A stretch of 64,000 nucleotides of DNA, taken from NCBI GenBank assembly GCA_963666985.2, contig CAXXIA010000001.1, positions 704,001-768,000 of the forward strand. The letters are read 5' to 3'. The notes beneath the pieces were generated by a model. It saw only the letters and a list, made by a program, of their open reading frames with translations. It searched no databases and had not been told where the DNA came from. Source of the stretch: Spirochaetia bacterium. GTDB taxonomy: Bacteria > Spirochaetota > Spirochaetia > DSM-2461. The position numbers and the translations under genes are program-made. Below are positions 37,876 through 48,230 of the stretch, piece by piece. Every line of letters starts with the position of its first letter. Position 1 is the first letter of the stretch.

Positions 37876-40800
37876 ATGATGGCCGAAACCTTAAAATTAT
37901 ACATCGAGCGAAAAGACGGACGCGATTCGGAGGCCCTTGATTCGGCGGCCGAGATTCGATCCGCCCTGGGACTCAGCGGACTCGAAAAAATTCGCTTAAT
38001 CACCGAATACGAAGTTGCGGGATTAACATCCGACCTGCTGAACGCGGCGGCTCCCGGTCTTCTTTATGAACCGCCTTCGGATATCGCGAAGGAATCTTTA
38101 ACCGTATCCGGTCCGGTCATCGCGCGCGAGTACCTTCCGGGGCAGTTCGACCAGCGGGCGGATTCGGCGGCCCGAGGACTCCGGCTTCTTTACCCGGATC
38201 GCACTATCGAAGTGCGCAGGGCCGATATCCTTATTCCCGTCGGCAATCTCTCGGAGGAAGATCTCAACAGAATCAGGGATTGGGTGATTAATCCCGTCGA
38301 TTCCCGTGTGAAAATCCTTGGCGACTCATCCCTCGGCGAAGAGGCGCCTCGGCCGGAGTCCATACCGATACTGAAGGGATTCCGGAAGCTGGATGATGCG
38401 GGACTCAAGCGGATCAAAAAAGAAGAAGGTCTTGCACTGGAACCCGAAGATTTGGAGTTCATCCGGATATGGTTTGATGAAAACGAACAGCGGGATCCAA
38501 CTCTGGCGGAACTCCGGGCTTTGGATACATACTGGTCGGATCATTGCAGGCATACGACTTTTGAAACCGAACTTCTGGAAATCAAGGTGGCCGACGGGCC
38601 GGAAGCCGATGAAATTCAGGCGGCTTTGAAGGATTGGGAGGCGGCCAGGGCCTTATGCGGACGGGAGGAAAAACCGAGGACTCTGATGGATTTGGCCACC
38701 GTCTCGGCACGCTGCGCCCGTTTCGAGGGAACACTGGAAGATTGGGACATCTCCGAAGAAATTAACGCCTGTACATTGAAAGTGAACGCGGACATAGACG
38801 GGAAGCGAGTTCCCTGGCTTCTTTCCTTCAAGAATGAAACTCACAATCATCCGACCGAAATCGAGCCCTACGGCGGTGCTTCAACCTGTTTGGGCGGTGC
38901 GGTCCGCGATCCTCTTTCGGGACGCGCGTATGTTCATCAGGCTCTGCGGGTAACGGGCGGCGCCGATCCCCGGCAAAATCCGCGGGAAACAAGAAAGGGC
39001 AAACTTCCGCAGCGTCTTATCGCTCACGGCGCCGCCGAAGGATACTCAGGCTACGGAAATCAGCTCGGATTGGCCACGACGATCGTCCGTGAGCATTATC
39101 ATCCGCTCTATGAAGCAAAGAGGCTGGAATGCGGCGCCGTTATGGGCGCCTGCCCCGCGGCGAATGTCGTCAGAGAAGTACCGCAGGCCGGTGATGTCGT
39201 GATTCTGGTAGGCGGCAAAACGGGACGGGACGGTATCGGCGGGGCCACGGGTTCTTCGGTTGCCCATGACGGCGGATCTCTGGAAAAGGCGGGTGCCGAG
39301 GTTCAGAAAGGCAATGCTCCCGAGGAGCGGAAAATCCAGAGACTCTTCAGAAATCCCCAAGCATCAAAATTGATTCGGCGGTGTAATGATTTCGGCGCCG
39401 GAGGCGTGGCGGTCGCGGTCGGAGAGCTGGCCGACGGACTGGAGATTAATCTGGATGCCGTCCCCGTGAAGTATTCGGGGCTGAACGGATTGGAGCTGGT
39501 TCTTTCGGAATCCCAGGAGCGGATGGCCGTGGTGGTTTCGCCGGAGGATGCCGAGACGTTCATCGGTTTGGCCGCGGGGGAGAATCTTGAAGCCGTCGCG
39601 GTGGCGCGGGTAACCGATGATAGGCGCCTTCGCATGAACTGGCGCGGCGATACGATCATCGATCTGGATCGGGATTTATTGGACACGGCCGGAGTGCGAA
39701 GAACGGCGAAGGCTTTTGTTCCTGCGGATAGGCGGGAGGATGGCGGGAGCCGGGAGCCGGGAGCCGGAGGTCGCAAAGCGGGCGCCGAGAGAAGCGGCGG
39801 TGAGCGGTGTGAAGGATTCGGCGGCGCATGCGGCGGCGCGGCCGATCTCTTATCGGTGCTTTGCGCGCCTGAAATCGCTTCCCGCCGAGGCTTGGAAGAG
39901 CGCTTCGACGGGACCGTCGGCGGGGGAACGGTTCTGGCGCCTCACGGAGGATTCCGGCAGGCGGTTCCGGCCGAGGCTTCGGTTCATCTTCTGCCCGCCG
40001 ACGGCGAAGTGGGCACCGCGGGCATTATGAGTATCGGTTTTGATCCGGCATTGGCTTCGATGAGTCCGTTTCGCGGCGGACAATACGCCCTTATCGAAGC
40101 TCTGGCCCGAATGTGCGCTGCCGGAGGCCCATGGAGAAACGCACGATTCAGTCTACAAGAGTTTTTCGGCCGAACGGATAAAGGCCCTGAGGCTTGGGGA
40201 CGGCCTCTTGCGGCGCTGTTGGGTGCCTTAACGGTTCAACGCCGATGGAATCTTCCGGCCATCGGCGGGAAGGACAGCATGAGCGGCAGCTTCGAGGAAC
40301 TGGATGTTCCTCCCACGATGATCGCTTTTGCCGCCGCGGCCATGGAGGCGAAAAAGGCCGTGGGAGCATCGCTTCCCGGAAGCGGATTGACTCTTGTTTT
40401 GGTTAACGAGAGTGCGGGCTCGGGCGGCGGAGCGGAGACGTTCTCGGCGCCTGATTTTGATGTGTTGGCGGCCGGCTGGGACTGGATCGGAACGCTGAAT
40501 GAGAGGGGAGTTCTTCAGGCGGGCGCTTCGGTCGGTCCGGGAGGACCTCTTGCGAAGCTTGCCGTGATGGCATTGGGAAATCTCGTGGGTGTGGAGCTGG
40601 ATGATGAGCCCGGAGCCGCGCCGGAGAGGACAAAGGGGACGGGGCCGTTTGCGGCCGATTACGGGGCGCTGATTATCGCTGTTGAAGGTTCCCTCGACGG
40701 ATTGCTTTCCGAAGCCGCCGAGAGGGGTGTGCGCTTTCGAGTTCTGGGGAAAACCATTGATGAGGCGGTTTTCAAATGGCCGGGAGGGAGCTTGACGCTT

Positions 40801-41889
40801 GATGAAATCGAGGCGGCGTGGCGGAGGCCTTTTTCCGAGGTTTGGCCGGAGGACCGGAGAGAGGGTGAGCGGATTGCGCAGGCACAGGATGTGCCGGAGG
40901 ACGGCAGAATCTGCGGCGAAGACCCGCTCGGCGGTCCGGGAGCGGCCCGCGGGGGGGGCGAGGGCGCCCTGCGCGGTGAAGGCGCGCCTGTAACGCCCGA
41001 AGATGGTGATGTTTTGTTACGATGGAATCGGAGGGAGAAGAGCTCCTGCGATTTCGAAAACGGCGGTGCGCGGAGAGCTTCGGGGGCCGGCAAACCAAGA
41101 GTCCTGATTCCCGTTTTTTCCGGGACAAATGGGGAAGATGACGCGAGGAGAGCTTTTTCACGGGCCGGGGCGGCGGCTGAGGAATATGTGTTTTTGGACA
41201 GGGTCGCCGGCGGCGCGGATGAGGCGATTAAGGGCTTGGCGGAAGGCATCGGGAAGTCTCAGATTTTGTATATATCCGGCGGGTTCTCGGCGGGCGATGA
41301 GCCTGACGGTGCGGGAAAATACATCGCAGCGGTTCTTCGGCAGGAACGGGTTGCCGATGCGATTTATTCCCTGCTGGAACGGGACGGTTTGATTCTGGGA
41401 ATCTGCAATGGGTTTCAGGCGCTGATGAAAAGCGGCTGGCTTATTTCGGGCGAAGCGGGGGTGCCGGGGAGCGATGATCCGACATTGGTGAGAAACCGCA
41501 TCGGGCGTCATGTGGCCCGTGTGGTCCGCACGGTCGCGACGGGGGCGAGAAGTCCCTGGCTTTCGCGGATTTCCCGAGGGGATGTTCATTGCGTGCCGGT
41601 CAGTCACGGGGAAGGCCGGTTTACGGCGCCCAAGGCGGTTCTTGATTCTTTGGCGGCATCCGGCCGGATCGCTTTTCAGTACTGCGACAGGGAGGGCCGT
41701 CCGTCCATGGGCGGCGAGTTTAATCCGAACGGTTCGGATTTGGCGGTGGAAGGACTCCTTTCGCCCTGCGGGAGGATTCTGGGGAAGATGGGGCACAGCG
41801 AACGGTGGCGCAAGGGAACGCTGATTGATATTCCGGGGATGGAAACCGAGCAGCCGCTGATTGCGGGCGGGGTTGATTGGTTCCGCTGA
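37876..41889 (+). CDS. purL: Phosphoribosylformylglycinamidine synthase, fused large type
   Basis: WSDHCRHTTF, KNETHNHPTEIEP, DFGAGG, SESQERMA, GGFSAGD, GICNGFQ, SHGEG, GKMGHSER. Confidence 0.96.
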   Translation: MMAETLKLYIERKDGRDSEALDSAAEIRSALGLSGLEKIRLITEYEVAGLTSDLLNAAAPGLLYEPPSDIAKESLTVSGPVIAREYLPGQFDQRADSAARGLRLLYPDRTIEVRRADILIPVGNLSEEDLNRIRDWVINPVDSRVKILGDSSLGEEAPRPESIPILKGFRKLDDAGLKRIKKEEGLALEPEDLEFIRIWFDENEQRDPTLAELRALDTYWSDHCRHTTFETELLEIKVADGPEADEIQAALKDWEAARALCGREEKPRTLMDLATVSARCARFEGTLEDWDISEEINACTLKVNADIDGKRVPWLLSFKNETHNHPTEIEPYGGASTCLGGAVRDPLSGRAYVHQALRVTGGADPRQNPRETRKGKLPQRLIAHGAAEGYSGYGNQLGLATTIVREHYHPLYEAKRLECGAVMGACPAANVVREVPQAGDVVILVGGKTGRDGIGGATGSSVAHDGGSLEKAGAEVQKGNAPEERKIQRLFRNPQASKLIRRCNDFGAGGVAVAVGELADGLEINLDAVPVKYSGLNGLELVLSESQERMAVVVSPEDAETFIGLAAGENLEAVAVARVTDDRRLRMNWRGDTIIDLDRDLLDTAGVRRTAKAFVPADRREDGGSREPGAGGRKAGAERSGGERCEGFGGACGGAADLLSVLCAPEIASRRGLEERFDGTVGGGTVLAPHGGFRQAVPAEASVHLLPADGEVGTAGIMSIGFDPALASMSPFRGGQYALIEALARMCAAGGPWRNARFSLQEFFGRTDKGPEAWGRPLAALLGALTVQRRWNLPAIGGKDSMSGSFEELDVPPTMIAFAAAAMEAKKAVGASLPGSGLTLVLVNESAGSGGGAETFSAPDFDVLAAGWDWIGTLNERGVLQAGASVGPGGPLAKLAVMALGNLVGVELDDEPGAAPERTKGTGPFAADYGALIIAVEGSLDGLLSEAAERGVRFRVLGKTIDEAVFKWPGGSLTLDEIEAAWRRPFSEVWPEDRREGERIAQAQDVPEDGRICGEDPLGGPGAARGGGEGALRGEGAPVTPEDGDVLLRWNRREKSSCDFENGGARRASGAGKPRVLIPVFSGTNGEDDARRAFSRAGAAAEEYVFLDRVAGGADEAIKGLAEGIGKSQILYISGGFSAGDEPDGAGKYIAAVLRQERVADAIYSLLERDGLILGICNGFQALMKSGWLISGEAGVPGSDDPTLVRNRIGRHVARVVRTVATGARSPWLSRISRGDVHCVPVSHGEGRFTAPKAVLDSLAASGRIAFQYCDREGRPSMGGEFNPNGSDLAVEGLLSPCGRILGKMGHSERWRKGTLIDIPGMETEQPLIAGGVDWFR

Positions 41890-41967
41890 TGGCGGATGCG
41901 GCGCGGTTTCCGCGGTGCGGCGAAAAGAATGGATCGGTCCTTAATCGAGGGCTTTGGGGAGGAAGAG

Positions 41968-42444
41968 ATGGTCGGGATTATTTTCGGCAGTAAAAGCGAT
42001 ACGGAAAAGATGAGGGGCGCGGCGAAGTGCCTGGACGAGTTCGGGATTCGATGGGAGGCACATGTTCTTTCGGCGCACCGTGTTCCGGAAGAACTGAAAA
42101 CGCGTCTTGCGGCGATGGAAGATTCCGGAGTGAAGGTGTTTATCTGCGGCGCGGGATTGGCCGCGCATCTTCCGGGAGTTGCGGCTTCCATGACGACAAA
42201 GCCCGTTATCGGCGTGCCCCTCTCGGCCAAGCTCGGCGGGACGGACTCGCTTTATTCCATCGTTCAGATGCCCAAGCCCATTCCGGTGGCGACGGTCGGG
42301 ATTGATAATTCCTATAACGCGGGGATGCTGGCGGTTGAGATTCTGGCATTGGCGGACGAGACTCTGGCACGGCGTCTTTCGGAGTGGCGAATCGCGATGA
42401 AAAAAACGTTTATCGCCGAAAACGAGTCGGGAGATTTACTTTAA
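41968..42444 (+). CDS. purE: N5-CAIR mutase / AIR carboxylase
   Basis: GSKSD, SAHRVP, AG.AAHLPG, SIVQMP..IPVATV. Start set at 41968. Confidence 0.95.
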   Translation: MVGIIFGSKSDTEKMRGAAKCLDEFGIRWEAHVLSAHRVPEELKTRLAAMEDSGVKVFICGAGLAAHLPGVAASMTTKPVIGVPLSAKLGGTDSLYSIVQMPKPIPVATVGIDNSYNAGMLAVEILALADETLARRLSEWRIAMKKTFIAENESGDLL

Positions 42445-43866
42445 ATGGCCGGAAAAACAGCCGAAATGGGCATCGCCGCGGACGACGACGATAAACTGCA
42501 TGAAGAATGCGGTGTGTTCGGTCTTTGGGCACCCGCCGAAGCCACCGATGCCGGAGACGAAATTTATCGAGGTCTTTTGGCCTTGCAGCACCGGGGTCAG
42601 GAAAGCGCCGGAATCACGGTGGGCTCCGATGGAGCGCTGAAAACCGAGAAAGGCATGGGGCTTATCTCCCAAGTGTTCAGCGCCGAAGATCTGGAGAAAA
42701 TCACCGGACATACGGGTATCGGTCATGTCCGATATTCCACCGCAGGAAAGAGCAATATTGAGAATGCTCAGCCTCTGGTGGGGCACGGGAAGCTTGGCGA
42801 TTTGGCCGCGGCGCATAACGGAACTTTGGTCAATGCCGGAGTTCTCCGATCCCTGCTGGAAGACGGAGGCGTTCTTTTCCAGACGGATGCGGATTCGGAA
42901 GTCCTTTTAAAGATGATCGCCAGAAAAGCGGCCAAGGGTTTGGAAGAAGCGGTAACCGAGGCGATGAGCGCCGTAAAGGGATCGTACGCTTTGGTTATGG
43001 TCGCCGGAGACACACTGATCGGCGCCCGCGATCCTTACGGAATACGGCCCATGGTTTTGGGGCGGAAGAAGGAGCGCTGGTATTTGTCTTCCGAATCCTG
43101 CGCCCTTGAAGCCGTCGGGGCGGAAACGGTGCGGGATGTGGCTCCCGGCGAGGTGATTTTTATCGATTCGGACGGTCCCAGAAGTATCGTTCAGGATTTG
43201 GCGAATGAAAGGGCCACCTGTGTTTTCGAGTATATCTATTTCGCCCGGCCCGACAGCCGCATCGACGGGATTTCCGTTATGGAAAGCCGACTGGCCATGG
43301 GAAGGGAATTGGCGCGTGAATGGAATGTCGAGGCGGATCTGGTTTGCGGCGTCCCCGATTCGGGGGTGCCGGCGGCCCTGGGATTCGCCCGGGAATCCGG
43401 CGTTCCGTTCGGAATGGGGTTTATAAAAAATCATTACGTGGGCCGCACCTTTATTCATCCCGATCAGGCGATGAGGGAACGCGCCGTTTCGGTAAAACTT
43501 ACGGCTCTACGGGAAGAAGTGGAGGGCCGGCGGGTTCTTCTCATCGATGATTCCATAGTTCGGGGCACCACAAGCAGGCGGCTGGTTACGTTGATGCGGC
43601 AGGCGGGAGCCGCCGAAGTGAAGTTCGGCGTTGTTTCACCCCCCATTACCAGTCCCTGCTACTTCGGCATCGATACACCGGTGGCCGAGGATTTGATTGC
43701 CCATTCCATGGATGTGGAGTCGATTCGTTCCGTTCTGGCCGTGGATGAATTGGCCTATTTGAGTTTGGAAGGATTGAAGCGGGCGCTGGAACGCCAGACG
43801 GGATTTTGTTTGGGCTGCCTGACCGGGAGTTATCCTCTTCCCCCTCATAAACTGCGAAGCGCATAA
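42445..43866 (+). CDS. purF: Amidophosphoribosyltransferase (propeptide, Fe-S type)
   Basis: EECGVFG, QHRGQESAG, CVFEYIYFARPDS, DDSIVRGTT, FCLGC. Confidence 0.97.
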   Translation: MAGKTAEMGIAADDDDKLHEECGVFGLWAPAEATDAGDEIYRGLLALQHRGQESAGITVGSDGALKTEKGMGLISQVFSAEDLEKITGHTGIGHVRYSTAGKSNIENAQPLVGHGKLGDLAAAHNGTLVNAGVLRSLLEDGGVLFQTDADSEVLLKMIARKAAKGLEEAVTEAMSAVKGSYALVMVAGDTLIGARDPYGIRPMVLGRKKERWYLSSESCALEAVGAETVRDVAPGEVIFIDSDGPRSIVQDLANERATCVFEYIYFARPDSRIDGISVMESRLAMGRELAREWNVEADLVCGVPDSGVPAALGFARESGVPFGMGFIKNHYVGRTFIHPDQAMRERAVSVKLTALREEVEGRRVLLIDDSIVRGTTSRRLVTLMRQAGAAEVKFGVVSPPITSPCYFGIDTPVAEDLIAHSMDVESIRSVLAVDELAYLSLEGLKRALERQTGFCLGCLTGSYPLPPHKLRSA

Positions 43867-44056
43867 TGGAAGCGGAAGATGATCGGGTTCGGATGAATAC
43901 GGTCTCCGATCGCTCGATTTCTTTCATTGTCGAAAATCAAGTCTACCCGATCGGGGTTGTCATGAATTTCATTAAATGTTAATAGGTATTAATATAAAAG
44001 AATCGGTGCCGATGCGGCGCGGATCTGATACTCTGTTGAAAATACGGAATTAAACT

Positions 44057-45055
44057 ATGGATCAAGCAAAAACGATAAGTTACGAGGACTCCGGGGTTGA
44101 TAAGGCGGAAGGATATCGTGCGGTCGAAAAAATGAAGAGTGCGGTATCAAAAACTCAAGGATCGGCCGTACTCGGCGGACTTGGAGCTTTTGCCGGTTTG
44201 TATTCCCTGGAAGGATGGAAAAATCCCGTTCTTGTTTCCGGCACCGACGGTGTGGGAACGAAACTTCGGCTTGCTCTGGATGCCGGCGGACTTGAGACGA
44301 TTGGACGGGACTGCTATGCGATGGTGGCCAACGATATTCTCTGCCACGGAGCTAAACCATTGTTTTTTCTTGATTATTTGGCCTGCGGGAAACTGAACGC
44401 GGATACGGCCGCCGGCATCGTCGGGGGTATGGCGGCCGCTTGTCTGGAGGACGGCTGCGCGCTGATCGGAGGGGAAACCGCGGAGATGCCCGGTTTTTAC
44501 GCACCGGGTGATTACGATGTCGCGGGATTCGCGGTAGGAGCGGTTGAACGGGAGAAAATCGTTGACGGCTCGGCCGTCAATGCAGGGGATGTCGTTGTGG
44601 GTTTGGCTTCAAGCGGTGTTCATTCAAACGGATTCAGCTTAATCAGAACGCTTTTCCCCGATCCTTCCGAGCTGCCCGAAGGTATTCTCAAGCCGACACG
44701 GCTTTATGGAAAAACCGTCCGTTCCCTTTTGGATCAAGGTGCGCCGATTCGGGGAATGGCGCATATAACCGGCGGAGGCCTTCCTGAAAATCTTCCAAGA
44801 GCCTTCGGCGGAAAGGAGCTGACCGCTCATGTGGAACGCGGTTCATGGAAGATTCCCGATGTTTTCCGCAGTATTCGCGAAAGAGGCGTTTCCGAAGACG
44901 ATATGAACGGAACCTTCAATATGGGAATCGGCTTTACCCTGATTGTTCCGCGAAATCAGGCGGACGGTGTTGTCGCATCGCTGAATGAGGCGGGCGAGAA
45001 GGCCGGGGTTATCGGGGTAATCCGTGAAGGGAAGGGGGGTGTATGTTACGTTTAG
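44057..45055 (+). CDS. purM: AIR synthetase
   Basis: GTDGVGTK, GGETAEMP, SSGVHSNGFSL, HITGGG, TFNMGIG. Confidence 0.97.
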   Translation: MDQAKTISYEDSGVDKAEGYRAVEKMKSAVSKTQGSAVLGGLGAFAGLYSLEGWKNPVLVSGTDGVGTKLRLALDAGGLETIGRDCYAMVANDILCHGAKPLFFLDYLACGKLNADTAAGIVGGMAAACLEDGCALIGGETAEMPGFYAPGDYDVAGFAVGAVEREKIVDGSAVNAGDVVVGLASSGVHSNGFSLIRTLFPDPSELPEGILKPTRLYGKTVRSLLDQGAPIRGMAHITGGGLPENLPRAFGGKELTAHVERGSWKIPDVFRSIRERGVSEDDMNGTFNMGIGFTLIVPRNQADGVVASLNEAGEKAGVIGVIREGKGGVCYV

Positions 45056-45624
45056 CGATTCTTGCCTCGGGCGGAGGGACCAACATGCAGTCCATAATCG
45101 ATTCTTATACTTCGGGACTGCTGGAGATGGAACCGTCTCTGGTACTTGTGGACAGACCTTGCGGTGCATTGAGCAGAGGTGTTGAAGCGGGCATCGAAAC
45201 ACAGCTCCTGGATCGGAAAATTCTCGGCAGGAAACTTTCTTTCTCTGTCGGCGATGCTCTGAAAAAGGCTCATATCGACTTTGTTGCCTTGGCGGGCTGG
45301 CTCAGCATTCTGGATTCTTCCCTGGTTGATTCATGGAAAGGCCGCATGGTGAACATTCATCCTTCATTGCTGCCGTTATACGGCGGGCCGGGTCTGTACG
45401 GGATTCGCGTGCATCAAGCCGTTCTGAAATCGGGGGATGCGGAAAGCGGCTGTACCGTGCATTACGTAGTCCCCGGAGTGGATGAAGGTGAGATTATCGA
45501 GCAGGCGCGCGTCCCCGTTTTAAAGGAAGATACTCCGGAGAGTCTGGCCGAAAGAGTTTTGGCGGAGGAACATAAGCTCTATCCGAAAGTTCTTGGAGCC
45601 TTGGCGTATGAAATAACCGGCTGA
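45043..45624 (+). CDS. purN: GAR transformylase
   Basis: ASGGGTNMQ, LAGW, NIHPSLLP, GCTVH.V...D.G.II.Q. Confidence 0.96.
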   Translation: MLRLAILASGGGTNMQSIIDSYTSGLLEMEPSLVLVDRPCGALSRGVEAGIETQLLDRKILGRKLSFSVGDALKKAHIDFVALAGWLSILDSSLVDSWKGRMVNIHPSLLPLYGGPGLYGIRVHQAVLKSGDAESGCTVHYVVPGVDEGEIIEQARVPVLKEDTPESLAERVLAEEHKLYPKVLGALAYEITG

Positions 45625-45694
45625 TTGAAGACATTTCATAATTCATAGAATGGCTTCAATCCTGCGGCCGAGACTCCGCAGACTTCGCTTCGGC

Positions 45695-45729
45695 AGGGCT
45701 TTGTTTCAAAAATTGCTGATTTTTGAAAT
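45695..45729 (+). repeat. 35-bp palindromic repeat, copy 1
   Basis: AGGGCTTTGTTTCAAAAATTGCTGATTTTTGAAAT; 32/35 identical to the copy at 46818. Confidence 0.75.
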
Positions 45730-45764
45730 TGAGTTTCGATCAAAAATTGTGCAAGAATAAAGGC

Positions 45765-46613
45765 ATGATAAATCGGAAAACCGGGCGTCTTTTTTTCGCC
45801 GTATTGATTCTTTTTGCGTTATTTCCCTCTTCATTGCTCTATGCCGATCTCGGTGATTTTTCCCGATCCGTTAATGAAGGCCGGCAGGAGAACGAACCCG
45901 AGGAAAAGAAAAAAAAGGAACGTGAATTTCATGAGGATCACGAAGACGACGAGTCCCAAAATCCCTTTTTCTTTTTAGCGGCTCTCCTTTGGTATTATCA
46001 CAACCGATCATCCTGCTATGCGGAATACCCTTACGAGAACGGATCGGATCGTCCTGCGGCCATAGCCCACGATGAACGTCTTTTATTGGAGAAACCGGCA
46101 CCCGATAGGAAGCAAAGCCGATGGATTCTTTCTTCCTCCGGCGGGATGTTCTTCGAAGGCACGGATATCGGCGGAACGGCGAATTTCCGTCTGAATGGAA
46201 TCGTCGGGGGCGTTGTTGGACCCGAATTTGAATACAGGCTGTGGAAGGATGAATCGTCGATTCTCCATATGTACCGTGCCGGGGGCGTTCTTCCTCTGAT
46301 TCAGAGTGATTATTTTTCACTCTCGCTTGATCTTTCCGGTGTTTTTTTTCGCGATGCCCTCTCGCTGAACGCCGTAGCTCTGGGAGGGAGTGTTGTTTCA
46401 TACCCCTTCCGTCCGATTTCATTGGAAATACGCGGAGGAGCGGTTCTTTCGGAGTCGGCCGCTTTCTCGGAACTCGGCATTAGGCTGGGAGCCCATATGA
46501 ATCGCTTTGAGGTGTATGCCGGTTATTACGGACTTTTTTATGACGATACGGGACTTGAAAATCAGACGAAGGGTCTTCATGTCGCCGAATTCGGTACGGC
46601 CGTGCATTTCTAA
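45765..46613 (+). CDS. Exported protein, probable small outer-membrane beta-barrel
   Basis: Signal peptide, charged linker, alternating amphipathic strands, terminal Phe (FGTAVHF). Start set at ATG 45765. Confidence 0.6.
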   Translation: MINRKTGRLFFAVLILFALFPSSLLYADLGDFSRSVNEGRQENEPEEKKKKEREFHEDHEDDESQNPFFFLAALLWYYHNRSSCYAEYPYENGSDRPAAIAHDERLLLEKPAPDRKQSRWILSSSGGMFFEGTDIGGTANFRLNGIVGGVVGPEFEYRLWKDESSILHMYRAGGVLPLIQSDYFSLSLDLSGVFFRDALSLNAVALGGSVVSYPFRPISLEIRGGAVLSESAAFSELGIRLGAHMNRFEVYAGYYGLFYDDTGLENQTKGLHVAEFGTAVHF

Positions 46614-46817
46614 ATTAAAATCCTTATCTCGCGGAGCATCACCGGAAAAACCGTCCTTTCATGCTGCATCCGCGGGCTGGAATCGGAATAAACTATCGAT
46701 AAACGGCGGAACCGACTCCTTGTTTTCATACGGGGTATTCGGTTTCTCCGGAAATAATTTCATCATTCCTGAAAGTGCTTAGATCCGATAGCAAAAATCC
46801 CTCGGAACCCGCGTGGA

Positions 46818-46852
46818 AGGGCTTTGTTTCAAAAATCGCCGACTTTTGAAAT
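46818..46852 (+). repeat. 35-bp palindromic repeat, copy 2
   Basis: AGGGCTTTGTTTCAAAAATCGCCGACTTTTGAAAT. Confidence 0.75.
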
Positions 46853-46957
46853 CACCTTTCCGTTCTTATCTTTTTCTGACTTGATTCTCATTTTTCTCAT
46901 CTGTCTCTTACCGGTTCTTAATGCATCCCTGCTTTGCTTATTCAACATTTTTAGGAG

Positions 46958-48223
46958 ATGAACATGAAGAGAAGAATCATTCCGACAATTCTGTGCTGTC
47001 TTTTTTTTGCCGCGACATCTTATGCAAACGGAGGAAAAGATGAAACACAGGGACCGGTGAATTGTGCCTTTTGGTACCCCTATGGGGAGGGATCCTGGAC
47101 CGGAGATTTTATCGCGAAAAAGATTGATGAATTCAATTCGGCAAATCCCGATATCATTATTACGGGACAGTCTTACGAAAATTACGCATCGATTGTCGAA
47201 GGATTGCAGCGGGCCGCAGCGGGAAAAAATCTTCCCGGCATTGCCACGATCGCCTACGGATATGATTCCTACATCATCAAGAGCGGTCTTTGCGCTCCGG
47301 TGAACGATTATCTCGAGGATGAACGTTTTCTCGACGATTTCTTTCCGTCGCTTCTCCATGTAACCGGGAAGAACGGAAAAACTTATGGAATCCCTTTGGC
47401 CTTATCCGTCGCCGAAATCTTTTTTCACGGCGATCTGTTTAGAAAAGCCGGTCTTGATCCGCGCACCCCTCCCAAAACATGGGATGAATTCGTCGCGGCG
47501 GCGAAGATTCTTCATGACACATCCGGGATTTACGGCGCCACCTTCGCCATGGATGATATGTGGATTTTCGAAACCGCCGTACGATCCTTAGGCGGAAATC
47601 TGCTCAGCTCCGACGGAAAGAGGGCGACCGTCGATTGTCCCGAGGCTGTAAAGATTCTTTCGGACTGGGCCGAAGGCGTCAAACAGGGATACTTCCTGTA
47701 TAACGCCGATTTCATGGAGACTCTCCAGAGTTTCGGGGGCAAGCAGGCGGCGATGTTCGCGGTTTCGAGCTACGGAACCCTCTATTATCACAATTCGCTT
47801 CCGGAAGTCTTGGCAATGCATTGGCCGGCCGCTCATGGAAAAGCCATCCAAAGTCCCGCGGGGGGAAATTCTCTCTATGTTTTCGGAAATAACGATTCGG
47901 AGCGGGAGGCGGCCGTTCGGTTCATCGAGTTCCTCACAAATCCCGAGGCGAATTCCGAATGGGCGATGAATTCCGGATACCTTCCGACCCGAAAATCCTC
48001 TCTCGAAGAAATGAGTGATTTTATCGAAGGATTCGACAATTACCGCACCGCCGTATCCGAAATTGAGTTTGTTGTTCCGCCGGTTCAATTCCCCGGTGAT
48101 GAAACGCCTCTTATCCGTAATACCATTATGGAAGCGATTGAAGCGGCGCTTCTCGGTAAGCTGACTCCGCAAGACGCTCTGAAAGAGGCCAATGGCGAGA
48201 TAAACGCATTGATCGGGAATTAA
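46958..48223 (+). CDS. CUT1 ABC substrate-binding protein (UgpB-like)
   Basis: Signal peptide ending YANG; FN..NPDI, YGIP, PPKTWDE, GYLPTRKS. Confidence 0.88.
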   Translation: MNMKRRIIPTILCCLFFAATSYANGGKDETQGPVNCAFWYPYGEGSWTGDFIAKKIDEFNSANPDIIITGQSYENYASIVEGLQRAAAGKNLPGIATIAYGYDSYIIKSGLCAPVNDYLEDERFLDDFFPSLLHVTGKNGKTYGIPLALSVAEIFFHGDLFRKAGLDPRTPPKTWDEFVAAAKILHDTSGIYGATFAMDDMWIFETAVRSLGGNLLSSDGKRATVDCPEAVKILSDWAEGVKQGYFLYNADFMETLQSFGGKQAAMFAVSSYGTLYYHNSLPEVLAMHWPAAHGKAIQSPAGGNSLYVFGNNDSEREAAVRFIEFLTNPEANSEWAMNSGYLPTRKSSLEEMSDFIEGFDNYRTAVSEIEFVVPPVQFPGDETPLIRNTIMEAIEAALLGKLTPQDALKEANGEINALIGN

Positions 48224-48230
48224 CATCACC

